Sequence record: SRR2962707_813 | Strand: one strand, 5' to 3' | Length of the DNA: 20,000 nucleotides | Part shown: positions 9,074 to 16,214 of the stretch, piece after piece | Numbering within the stretch: the first letter of the stretch is position 1 | Layout of the letters: each line of letters begins with the position of its first letter | Notes under the pieces: model-generated | The model's database searches: none | Told to the model about the DNA's origin: nothing | What the model saw: only the letters and a program-made list of their open reading frames with translations | Translations under genes and position numbers: made by a program

Positions 9074-9643
9074 CTATTTTTTTAAGTCTTCTATGATCAG
9101 TTTCTTTTGCTTGAAGGTATTTATCATGGCTTTCTCCCTTACTGCGGCATCCGTACTATGAATCAACTCATAGTACTCAGCAGGGACTATCTGCCATGAT
9201 AAGCCATATTTGTCTTTGCACCAACCGCACGAACCTTCCTCGCCACCATTAGCAGTAAGTGCTTCCCAATAGTAATCCACTTCTCCCTGATCTTTACAAT
9301 TCACCACAAATGATACCGCCTCATTGAATTTAAATAGCGGGCCTGCTGCGAGAATACTAAACTCCATTCCGGCTATTTCGATTACAGCTGTTTCAAAGCT
9401 AGTGGTATCGCTACTGAACTCATTAGGTGGATTAACAAAAGTGCGATAATCTTTTAACCTGCCATCTTTGAAAATGGACAAGTAGTAATCTGCCACTGCC
9501 TTTGCATCTTTTTCTACCCATAAACAGGGTGTGATTTTTTGATTGGTATTTGCCATTGTTATGGAATTTTTATTGTTCGAACAGGACATTGTGAGTAAAG
9601 CAATTACTGCTACAGCCAATGGGGTTATCGAATTCTTTTTCAT
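9074..9643 (-). CDS. VOC/PhnB-like (3-demethylubiquinone-9 3-methyltransferase-like) protein with N-terminal lipoprotein-like extension
   Basis: [54 protein letters not shown]-terminal ALLTMSC. Confidence 0.88.
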   Translation of the reverse strand: MKKNSITPLAVAVIALLTMSCSNNKNSITMANTNQKITPCLWVEKDAKAVADYYLSIFKDGRLKDYRTFVNPPNEFSSDTTSFETAVIEIAGMEFSILAAGPLFKFNEAVSFVVNCKDQGEVDYYWEALTANGGEEGSCGWCKDKYGLSWQIVPAEYYELIHSTDAAVREKAMINTFKQKKLIIEDLKK

Positions 9644-10143
9644 TTGCTATTTTCTAATTGTTGTAGTACCAATTCAAGATTGACCATAGAGGCTTTATAT
9701 CCTTCCACAAAGCCCATTTCAAGCATCTTCTCCAGTCGCTCTAGCGATTCATTGTAAATCGTAATACGGACAGTTGTTTTTCCACCCTTTTCGCTGAAGG
9801 AATAATCCCACTCAGATCCGATAGGAGCGGGGTTTTCATCTTTATCGGCGAAGGCATTATACAATTTGAAATTGCTCATTGGGGTAATGGAAGTATATTC
9901 TTGTATAATCCAGCCCTCATGTCCCTCGGGGCTTACCATCGCATAAAATCGTTTCCCACCCACTTCGAAATTCATGTATTTTGTTTTTGCTTTAAATGGT
10001 GCTGGTGCAACCCATTGATCCAGAATTTCCGCTTTCGTAAAAGCATCCCATACCAGTGACAGTTCGGCATCAAACACTCTGGTTATGTAGACCGTTTTCG
10101 TGGCTTTGTCAACGGTGAAGTCAAGTTGAGGATTATTGTTCAT
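9640..10143 (-). CDS. SRPBCC/AHSA1 (START-like) domain protein
   Basis: [47 protein letters not shown]. Confidence 0.9.
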   Translation of the reverse strand: MNNNPQLDFTVDKATKTVYITRVFDAELSLVWDAFTKAEILDQWVAPAPFKAKTKYMNFEVGGKRFYAMVSPEGHEGWIIQEYTSITPMSNFKLYNAFADKDENPAPIGSEWDYSFSEKGGKTTVRITIYNESLERLEKMLEMGFVEGYKASMVNLELVLQQLENSK

Positions 10144-10465
10144 TTCTTTTGTTTTTAAGCGTTGCTAATACATTGTCCAGTTGACCAAACTGAGTCTCCA
10201 GCGTTTTTCTGAGTCGCTCTACCCATTGATCGATTTCATCAATTTTAGTTGCGTTGATATGATAATGAATTTCCCTTCCCTTCTTCTCTTGTCTCACCAG
10301 TTCGCATTCAGTTAGAATTTGAATATGCTTTGAAACTGCCTGTCTGCTGGTATGGAATTCTTCAGCGATGGCATTAGGTGTCATTGATTGTGCAGCAATC
10401 AATAATAAAATGGCTCTTCGTGTCGGATCAGCTATGGCCTGAAATACATCTCTTCTGACTTTCAT
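10133..10465 (-). CDS. ArsR/SmtB-family transcriptional regulator
   Basis: [35 protein letters not shown]...GREIHY. Confidence 0.93.
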   Translation of the reverse strand: MKVRRDVFQAIADPTRRAILLLIAAQSMTPNAIAEEFHTSRQAVSKHIQILTECELVRQEKKGREIHYHINATKIDEIDQWVERLRKTLETQFGQLDNVLATLKNKRNEQ

Positions 10466-10477
10466 TTATTCTATTTA

Positions 10478-10520
10478 TGCAACTAAATGATTGCTAATAT
10501 AATGCAATTATTTAGTTGCA
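10478..10520. promoter_or_regulatory. ArsR operator pair (module 1)
   Basis: TGCAACTAAATGATTGC (10478-10494) and GCAATTATTTAGTTGCA (10504-10520) are inverted copies with 1 mismatch; each is itself pseudo-palindromic. A -7-like TATATTAG lies between them on the minus strand. Confidence 0.75.
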
Positions 10521-10623
10521 CAATATTATTTTTCAAATGAAATGATTCTCTGTGATGCCGGGCAGATCGGTTGGCGATGCGAATTTTTTGATTTAATTCC
10601 GGTTAAGGAGGTACAAAGAGTAA

Positions 10624-11487
10624 TCACTCATTTACCACCAGCTTGTATCCGACTCCACGAGCATTTAATATTTTGATGCTGGGGTCTTCTTGTAGCTTAC
10701 CACGCAACTTGGAAATGAAAACATCAAGCGTACGGCCAACATAACTCCCTTCGTCACCCCATACCTCCTGAAGCAAAGTTTCCTTCTTTACCGTCTCATT
10801 GACCGATGAATAGAGCAGGCTCAGCAGGTCAACTTCCTTGCTGGATAGCTCTGTCTTTTCATCATTCATGATCAATAACGCATTTTGTTGATCGAATAAA
10901 TAGTTACCCAGCTTGATTAATCGGGACTTGCCTAATGGCTTGTTTTTTTGCCAAAATACAAATGCAACAATTCCGGAAAGGAATAGGAAGCCGGCGACTA
11001 ATGGATATACCGGAAAGGTCGAAGGTGGACCCGTACTTGCCAGCATATTGGGCTGCTGTTCCAGAATAGTAAGCACAAGCCGATAGCACGAGCGGGGCTG
11101 TGTTCTCGATTGGCACGGTACAATATCCTGATATTCTGACCGGTCCATCTCAAAACTATACACCACTGCGAGCGTCTCGCATTGTTCCACCTCTACAATG
11201 TATCGATGTGCAATCCTGGCATCATTCATTATCGTTGATACCGTTTGAACAAGCTCCTCCGGTTTGAATCCAAACTCCGCCTCAAATGGAATGATGTATT
11301 GTCCGTCTTGGCTGGTGACCGGTAATACCCGGGAAGAGGTGTCCTTCGCATTGAGCAATATTTCATGTCCGATCTTGCGCAAAGCCACTTCAATGTGCTT
11401 GTCAGCAAAAGATTCCTGGGCACCCACCTGAGGAATAATTACTCCCAAACATACCAATGCTATGAAGAAGGTTCTGAACGATACCAT
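10624..11487 (-). CDS. Membrane-anchored transcriptional regulator with C-terminal OmpR/PhoB winged-helix domain
   Basis: Signal-peptide-like N-terminus, soluble domain, TM (VYPLVAGFLFLSGIVAFVFW), then LSSKEVDLL...VWGDEGSYVGRTLDVFISKLRGKL...ARGVGYKL. No receiver domain. Confidence 0.88.
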   Translation of the reverse strand: MVSFRTFFIALVCLGVIIPQVGAQESFADKHIEVALRKIGHEILLNAKDTSSRVLPVTSQDGQYIIPFEAEFGFKPEELVQTVSTIMNDARIAHRYIVEVEQCETLAVVYSFEMDRSEYQDIVPCQSRTQPRSCYRLVLTILEQQPNMLASTGPPSTFPVYPLVAGFLFLSGIVAFVFWQKNKPLGKSRLIKLGNYLFDQQNALLIMNDEKTELSSKEVDLLSLLYSSVNETVKKETLLQEVWGDEGSYVGRTLDVFISKLRGKLQEDPSIKILNARGVGYKLVVNE

Positions 11488-11527
11488 AGATTACAAAACT
11501 ATTTGATTCTTTCCCGGCTAAAACTGT

Positions 11528-11566
11528 TTTACACAACATTTACATCATTTTACACTTCAACTTACA
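11528..11566. promoter_or_regulatory. Phased (T/C)TTACA direct repeats, putative OmpR-type binding array
   Basis: TTTACA at 11528, 11539 and 11549, CTTACA at 11561 (spacing 11, 10, 12 bp) in the divergent intergenic region. Confidence 0.6.
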
Positions 11567-11615
11567 TCCGGACTGAAGGTGCGCCGTATCATTGGATCAG
11601 TAAAACGATCAAACT

Positions 11616-12392
11616 ATGTTAAAAATGAAAAAGCAAATAATAATTATCGGATGTTTAGCCGCGGTGATGTCAATCGTGGGTTTTGTGGCTGTTAGCCAAC
11701 CTGACGAATTAATCTCCGAGCCCCAAAAGGAAATGGACTCCCGGGTTCAAACGGATTTCAGTGCTTTGCACACTTCTTCTAAACCGGTCGATTTTCATTA
11801 CGGTGTTGGTTCGCGATTCTTCGCTACTATCTCGAAAGAAGATTTACACAAAGCTAAAACGGTGACCGACCTCCTTCCACCTGAAGCGAATTGGTCGACT
11901 TACCCCATTCAGAAAGTTATGATCAAACGGCTGGATGTATTATTTGAAGCAGGAAGGGAGGGAACCGATCTCAATCTTACTGAGTCTCAACTTGCCACTC
12001 TAAGATCATGCGAGTATGGCAATAGCTTCCGTGTGATGGCCTGGGATGAGTATAATGAACTTAACTATTTCATTACGGTGATCCCTGAGAAAGAGGCCAG
12101 CTACAAAGAAGGCATGGATGCATTGGTGAAATACCTCAAGAGAAACAGTGCCTCTGTTGTGGCGAACGTAAGTGAAGATAAATTGGGAGCAGGACGGATT
12201 ATGTTTACAGTAAATAAGCAGGGCGATATTGCGGATGTCCAACTAACCGAATCTTCAGGCTATCAAGCCATAGACAAAGCGATGAATGAGCTCATTCGCA
12301 AAACGTCAGGAAAGTGGGAGCCTGCGGCTAATGCTGAGGGGGCTAAAGTGGATCAGGAGTTGGTGTTTTCTTTTGGAAGGGCCGGGTGCTAA
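11616..12392 (+). CDS. TonB C-terminal domain protein (energy-transducer TonB-like)
   Basis: N-terminal TM/signal; C-terminal ASYKEGMDALVKYLKRN...FTVNKQGDIADVQLTESSGYQAID...WEPAANAEGAKV. Confidence 0.8.
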   Translation: MLKMKKQIIIIGCLAAVMSIVGFVAVSQPDELISEPQKEMDSRVQTDFSALHTSSKPVDFHYGVGSRFFATISKEDLHKAKTVTDLLPPEANWSTYPIQKVMIKRLDVLFEAGREGTDLNLTESQLATLRSCEYGNSFRVMAWDEYNELNYFITVIPEKEASYKEGMDALVKYLKRNSASVVANVSEDKLGAGRIMFTVNKQGDIADVQLTESSGYQAIDKAMNELIRKTSGKWEPAANAEGAKVDQELVFSFGRAGC

Positions 12393-12494
12393 GGAGGAGC
12401 ACCCTTCTTCGGATAATGTTAACGGCATGTGATGTTTTGACGAATAAGGCTTCATAACGGAACTATTCCGCAAGCAAGCGCGTACCTTTAGGTA

Positions 12495-12604
12495 GATTAT
12501 CAGGAAAGGTGAAGGGACTGGGCCCGATGCAGCCTTGGCAACCCGATCGCCAGCGTGCGATATCCGGTGCTAATTCCCAGCCTGCAGCGACAGGACAGAT
12601 GATC
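12495..12604 (+). ncRNA. SAM-I (S-box) riboswitch
   Basis: GATTATCAGGAAAGGTGAAGGGACTGGGCCCGATGCAGCCTTGGCAACC...GGTGCTAATTCC...ACAGATGATC. P1 (GATTATC/GATGATC), kink-turn P2, GCAACC and GGTGCTAATTCC SAM-binding elements are all present. Confidence 0.9.
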
Positions 12605-12610
12605 CGGGAT

Positions 12611-12635
12611 GCCATCTTCATTGATGGTTTTTTTA
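12611..12635 (+). terminator. Intrinsic terminator of the riboswitch expression platform
   Basis: GCCATC-TTCATT-GATGGT hairpin followed by a T-run. Confidence 0.7.
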
Positions 12636-12662
12636 TGTCTTTACGGTCTGTCTTAGGACAGA

Positions 12663-12752
12663 ATGAAAATAAAAAACCGACCCTTCAAGGGGTTCACAGG
12701 TGAAACTCACTCAACTTTTGAGTTTTATTTTTCCGATTGGATTACCAGGTAG
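12663..12752 (+). CDS. Putative 29-aa small protein downstream of the SAM riboswitch
   Basis: MKIKNRPFKGFTGETHSTFEFYFSDWITR*; an ATG-initiated ORF shortly after the riboswitch terminator. Confidence 0.4.
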   Translation: MKIKNRPFKGFTGETHSTFEFYFSDWITR

Positions 12753-12868
12753 TTTCCGTTTTTCCAGAAAGCTGCCGGATCTTTAATGGTTAGCTTGCCC
12801 ATATTGTCACCAGTTAGCATCCATTCATAGGATCCATCCGGGTACTGAGAGATCAATAGATATAGAGG
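12725..12868 (-). pseudogene. Possible 3' remnant of a truncated gene
   Basis: Open frame PLYLLISQYPDGSYEWMLTGDNMGKLTIKDPAAFWKNGNYLVIQSEK* begins right at the DoxX terminator with no proper start. Confidence 0.35.
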
Positions 12869-12870
12869 TT

Positions 12871-12906
12871 AAAAGAGGTTTTGCCGAACACTAAAACCTC
12901 TTTTTT
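12871..12906. terminator. Bidirectional intrinsic terminator
   Basis: AAAAGAGGTTTT-N10-AAAACCTCTTTT perfect stem with A and T tails, just downstream of the DoxX gene. Confidence 0.8.
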
Positions 12907-12912
12907 AAAACA

Positions 12913-13287
12913 TCAGGAAGAAGCGTACACTTTCTGATTATAGAAATAAGATAATGCTAACACCATACCTACTATCACTGGCATGATAATGTAGCTGATA
13001 TTTTTGTCTACCATGATGTGACTGTATGCGGCAAATATCAAATTAAATGATAAGCCAGCGTATGCCCACTCTCTCAATCTGTCTGGCAGCTTTGGAATCA
13101 TTAGTGCTGTTGCACCTGCTATTTTGCAAATGATCAAAGCGTAAGCAAAATAGTCAGGATAGCCTAATGGTTTTGTTCCGGCATTAAAATATTCATGTGC
13201 AAACAGGAGGGTGCTCAAGGGCAAAAGGGCTTCCATTAAGAAGATGATGGAGGTAGTTATCCAGAAGATGATTTTGTATTTTTTCAT
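12913..13287 (-). CDS. DoxX-like membrane protein
   Basis: IFWITT...LGYPDYF...KIAG...RLREWAYAGLSFNLIFAAYSH. Confidence 0.88.
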   Translation of the reverse strand: MKKYKIIFWITTSIIFLMEALLPLSTLLFAHEYFNAGTKPLGYPDYFAYALIICKIAGATALMIPKLPDRLREWAYAGLSFNLIFAAYSHIMVDKNISYIIMPVIVGMVLALSYFYNQKVYASS

Positions 13288-13299
13288 GGTTTTATCTTA

Positions 13300-13779
13300 T
13301 TATTTATTTGCCAGCAATTGCGCCAAGGCTTCCAATGTAGCTGTAAATCCTTCTTTGAAGCCCATTTTTATGTGCGCCTCCAGATCAGCCAGCGTTTTGT
13401 GTTTGATCCGAACCTGCACGGTGGTCTTTCCATTGGATTCTGTGAAATCTATATTCCAATTGGATCGTGGTACGTCTTGGTTGATATTTCCTTGATCGTC
13501 ACTAAAACCAGCCAATTGCTTGAAGTTTGTTTCCGGGGTGATTGAGGTGAATTCAATTACTCCCCAATGCTCTTCTCCGTTGGGTCCGACCATTGCGTAT
13601 AAGCGAGTTCCCCCTTCTATAAAATCCATGGATTTGGTCACTGATTTCCATGGATGAGGAGCCCACCACTGATCAAGGATGCTTGCCTCTGTCCATGCTG
13701 CCCAAACATCCGATTGTGATGCGTCGAACTCACGAGTTACATAAACTGTGCTGTTTTCTTTGTCGACTATAAATTCCAT
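13300..13779 (-). CDS. SRPBCC/AHSA1 domain protein
   Basis: VTREFDASQSDVWAAWTEASILDQWWAPHPW, MDFIEGGTRLYAMVGPNG, MGFKEGF. ATG 13779 preferred over the ORF-track start at 13851. Confidence 0.88.
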   Translation of the reverse strand: MEFIVDKENSTVYVTREFDASQSDVWAAWTEASILDQWWAPHPWKSVTKSMDFIEGGTRLYAMVGPNGEEHWGVIEFTSITPETNFKQLAGFSDDQGNINQDVPRSNWNIDFTESNGKTTVQVRIKHKTLADLEAHIKMGFKEGFTATLEALAQLLANK

Positions 13780-13822
13780 ATTCAATTTTGATTTTAGTTT
13801 CTGTTTTGTTCTGTTGAAAGGC

Positions 13823-14326
13823 CTATTTTTTGAAAGTTGACAAAAGTTCATCCAACCTCTCCAGGGTAGACATCAGTCCTTCTTTCATGCCCATTTTGAT
13901 CACTGCCTCCAGATCAGACAGGGACTTATAGGTTACAGTAGTTTCTACCAGTGTATTATTTCCCATATCGGAAAAATCAACATGCCACTCTGCTTTTGGA
14001 AGATCCGAATTCAGGTTTCCATCAGCGTCACTAAAGGCATCAAGTGTTTCATAAAAATCAATGGGTTGGATTTTGGTGTATTCTGTCCAGCCCCAATATT
14101 CCTGCCCTTCAGGGTCGATCATGGCATAGTGCCAGTGTCCGCCTTCGCTAAAATCCATGGATTTGGTCTTGGTGCTGAAAGGTCTGGGAGCAAACCACTG
14201 GTCCAGTAGCTCGCTTTTGGTGTAACAATCCCAAACCAATTGACGCCCTGCATTAAATTCTCTCCTTACGGTAATCGTGTTTTTTTCCTTGTCTACAAGG
14301 AAGTCAAACTGTAAATTCATTTTCAT
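13823..14326 (-). CDS. SRPBCC/AHSA1 domain protein
   Basis: [51 protein letters not shown] 14326 overlaps the arsR stop (ATGA). Confidence 0.9.
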   Translation of the reverse strand: MKMNLQFDFLVDKEKNTITVRREFNAGRQLVWDCYTKSELLDQWFAPRPFSTKTKSMDFSEGGHWHYAMIDPEGQEYWGWTEYTKIQPIDFYETLDAFSDADGNLNSDLPKAEWHVDFSDMGNNTLVETTVTYKSLSDLEAVIKMGMKEGLMSTLERLDELLSTFKK

Positions 14327-14649
14327 TTTTTCTTGTTTTTCATTGTGGATAATAAGTTGTCGAGCTGATTGAAACGACTTTCCCAGATCTTTCGAAACTG
14401 CTCCAGCCAATGATCTATTTCTTTCATTTTCTCCACTTTTAGTTCATAGTAGATCTCTCTGCCTTGCTGGTTGGATTCAATGAGTTCACACTCACTCAAA
14501 ACCTGTATGTGCTTGGATATGGTAGGCCTGGCCACATCGAAATTGTTGGCTATTGCCCCGGCAGTCATGGTCTGTGATGCTAATAATACCAGTATCGCTC
14601 TGCGGGTAGGGTCCGCTATAGCCTGAAATGGATCTCTTCGTAGTTTCAT
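14323..14649 (-). CDS. ArsR/SmtB-family transcriptional regulator (second paralogue)
   Basis: [35 protein letters not shown]...GREIYY. Confidence 0.93.
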   Translation of the reverse strand: MKLRRDPFQAIADPTRRAILVLLASQTMTAGAIANNFDVARPTISKHIQVLSECELIESNQQGREIYYELKVEKMKEIDHWLEQFRKIWESRFNQLDNLLSTMKNKKK

Positions 14650-14676
14650 ATTAAGTCATTAAAATCGTTTATAATA

Positions 14677-14724
14677 TGTAGCTATATGGCTACAAATATA
14701 TTAATATGAAGTTAAATGGCTACA
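14677..14724. promoter_or_regulatory. ArsR operator pair (module 2) around a TAnnTTTG promoter
   Basis: TGTAGC-TATATG-GCTACA (14677-14694, palindromic arms) and TGAAGT-TAAATG-GCTACA (14707-14724). Minus-strand TATATTTG at 14693-14700. Confidence 0.75.
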
Positions 14725-14776
14725 TATTTTTGAATTTTTTTTCAAAATCAGGCTTTAAAATGTATTTGAGCAGCTT

Positions 14777-14842
14777 AACCCCCGGTTCGTGTCCTCACGA
14801 AACGAAAGATCTTCAGGATTTTGTGAAGACACAAACCATGGC
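14777..14842. repeat. REP/REPIN-like hairpin repeat, copy 1 (left of defence island)
   Basis: GGTTCGTGTCCTCACGAA...TTTGTGAAGACACAAACC imperfect inverted arms; direct copy at 18021-18085 (56 of 66 positions identical by manual alignment). Confidence 0.8.
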
Positions 14843-14901
14843 AGAGTATCTTTCTAAAGCTGCTTCCGGATGTTCTATTGCCAGAGAAGTAACGGCTTGC
14901 T

Positions 14902-14950
14902 TGTCATGCCGGACTTGATCCTGCCTTTGTCGGCAGATAGGCCTGCATCT
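14902..14950. repeat. Second REP-like element, possibly nested
   Basis: TGTCATGCCGGACTTGATCC...TGCATCT interrupted by the imperfect palindrome CCTGCCTTTGTCGGCAGATAGG. Confidence 0.4.
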
Positions 14951-15009
14951 TCCACAGTTATTTCTAATTATCCTTTGAAGGAGGGAAGAGGGTTGCTAAC
15001 TTTAGTTAA

Positions 15010-15165
15010 TTAGCAATTAAAATTAGAAGTAAGACATCTGCAGCAGTCACTTTATATGGTAAGGAGCTCCCAATAAGTGGGATAACGACTACATTAAGAA
15101 TTAGCAGGTCAACACTATATGAGTACCTAAGAAGAGAGGGTGTGTTTGACGTAAAGGCTAGTTAG
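15010..15165 (+). pseudogene. C-terminal HTH remnant of a serine recombinase (resolvase/invertase)
   Basis: Frame after TAA 15007-15009 reads LAIKIRSKTSAAVTLYGKELPISGITTTLRISRSTLYEYLRREGVFDVKAS*. ISRSTLYxYL is the Hin/resolvase HTH recognition helix; no start codon or catalytic domain. Confidence 0.7.
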
Positions 15166-15227
15166 GGTGTGGGTAACTTGTGGATATTTTTTTTTTGTTA
15201 ATTTTAATAAACCGTTATCACCGTTTT

Positions 15228-15428
15228 ATGGATGAATTTCTATCTTTTACAGGGTGGCTTATCGCACTAGGATCATTTATTGTAAACCTTATTCAACTGA
15301 ATAGAAACAAAAAGCTAGGTAAGAAGCTAAATGATTATAGAGCGATCACCAACTCCAATACTCTTAACCATTCAGGAGAAGGGGATAATATTAGCGTTGG
15401 AGGAGACGCAAAAATAAATAAGAATTAG
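15228..15428 (+). CDS. 66-aa single-TM protein with C-terminal amyloid-like motif; putative Lamassu-associated effector
   Basis: MDEFLSFTGWLIALGSFIVNLIQL (TM), basic linker, then N/G/S-rich tail NSNTLNHSGEGDNISVGGDAKINKN; ends 4 bp before the next gene. Confidence 0.75.
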   Translation: MDEFLSFTGWLIALGSFIVNLIQLNRNKKLGKKLNDYRAITNSNTLNHSGEGDNISVGGDAKINKN

Positions 15429-15432
15429 GATT

Positions 15433-15981
15433 GTGAATAAAATGGAGCATACTGGATTGGGTGATAATATTCATGCACAGGGTAACGTGTATATTAATGT
15501 AATTCAAAAATATCCAACGATACTGGCAGATCTAGTTAATGAGCTTAGTAGACAGCTGGGAGAAGAAGAAAACTCTATTGAGCTAAAGGATTTTCGGATA
15601 GAGGATAAAATTTCGTACAATAATGTCATAAGATATCGCGAGATAATTCAAGATCAGAAGATATACTATGGCAAATTGAATTTGATATATAATGAACTAG
15701 ATTCGCAAGGTTCATCTAAAAAGCAGCAAATTTTTAATTCAATAAGATCATCATACTTGAAGGCAAAAGGTCGCTTTATGAGTGAAAAACCGGAATTAGT
15801 TGAGATTGATATTATTCGTGAGAAATCAGATGATATTATAGAGAGTGTAGAGAATGAGATGATGAATATTATAGAGAAAAGCAACAACATTAATGCTGGC
15901 CTTGAGGCTATTAAATGGGGTATACAAATAATTCTTGTAGATGCCTTTATAAAGTGTAAGATTCTAGAAAATCCAAGCTAA
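15433..15981 (+). CDS. lmuA: Lamassu LmuA-like protein: ABC-3C C-terminal domain only, with a short N-terminal motif instead of an enzymatic effector
   Basis: 182 aa, helical, ends AFIKCKILENPS; sits directly before the middle component and ABC ATPase. No nuclease, protease, Sir2 or hydrolase domain is apparent. Start GTG 15433 or ATG 15442. Confidence 0.75.
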   Translation: MNKMEHTGLGDNIHAQGNVYINVIQKYPTILADLVNELSRQLGEEENSIELKDFRIEDKISYNNVIRYREIIQDQKIYYGKLNLIYNELDSQGSSKKQQIFNSIRSSYLKAKGRFMSEKPELVEIDIIREKSDDIIESVENEMMNIIEKSNNINAGLEAIKWGIQIILVDAFIKCKILENPS

Positions 15982-16214
15982 TGCTATTAAGTAAGAACCT
16001 CAGTCCTAATCACAGTCTTTATTACTCAGGTGCATTGATCATTCAAGTATTGAATGATAGCAATGAAAATGAGTTTGATTTTATAGACCTATATAATAAA
16101 TCAAACGCAAGGACTACAATCAGCATGAAGATGTTTGTATTGACGTTAGACTGGCTTTTCCTGATTGATGTGGTCAAACTAGGTGAGAATGGTTCCGTAA
16201 TAAAATGTATCTAA
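15981..16214 (+). CDS. lmuC: Lamassu LmuC / ABC-3C middle component (MC6-like)
   Basis: 77 aa, P-x-x-SLYYSGALII...FVLTLDWLFLIDVV; overlaps both neighbouring genes. Confidence 0.8.
   Translation: MLLSKNLSPNHSLYYSGALIIQVLNDSNENEFDFIDLYNKSNARTTISMKMFVLTLDWLFLIDVVKLGENGSVIKCI

Noticed and set aside
12509-12703. 64-aa ORF on the plus strand
   Set aside because: It runs through the SAM-I aptamer and terminator; the RNA structure explains the sequence.
13780-14410. Long N-terminal extensions of the two SRPBCC ORFs in the track (starts 13851 and 14410)
   Set aside because: They overlap upstream genes; homology begins near ATG 13779 and at ATG 14326.
14706-14918. 70-aa ORF sharing the peptide F(V/M)KTQT with the ORF at 17967-18194
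   Set aside because: The shared peptide is just the translated REP-like repeat; both ORFs cross non-coding elements and are probably spurious.
15180-15227. GTG-initiated extension (MDIFFLLILINRYHRF) of the small TM protein
   Set aside because: It derives from an AT-rich poly-T promoter-like tract; ATG 15228 gives a cleaner single-TM protein, although the extension cannot be fully excluded.
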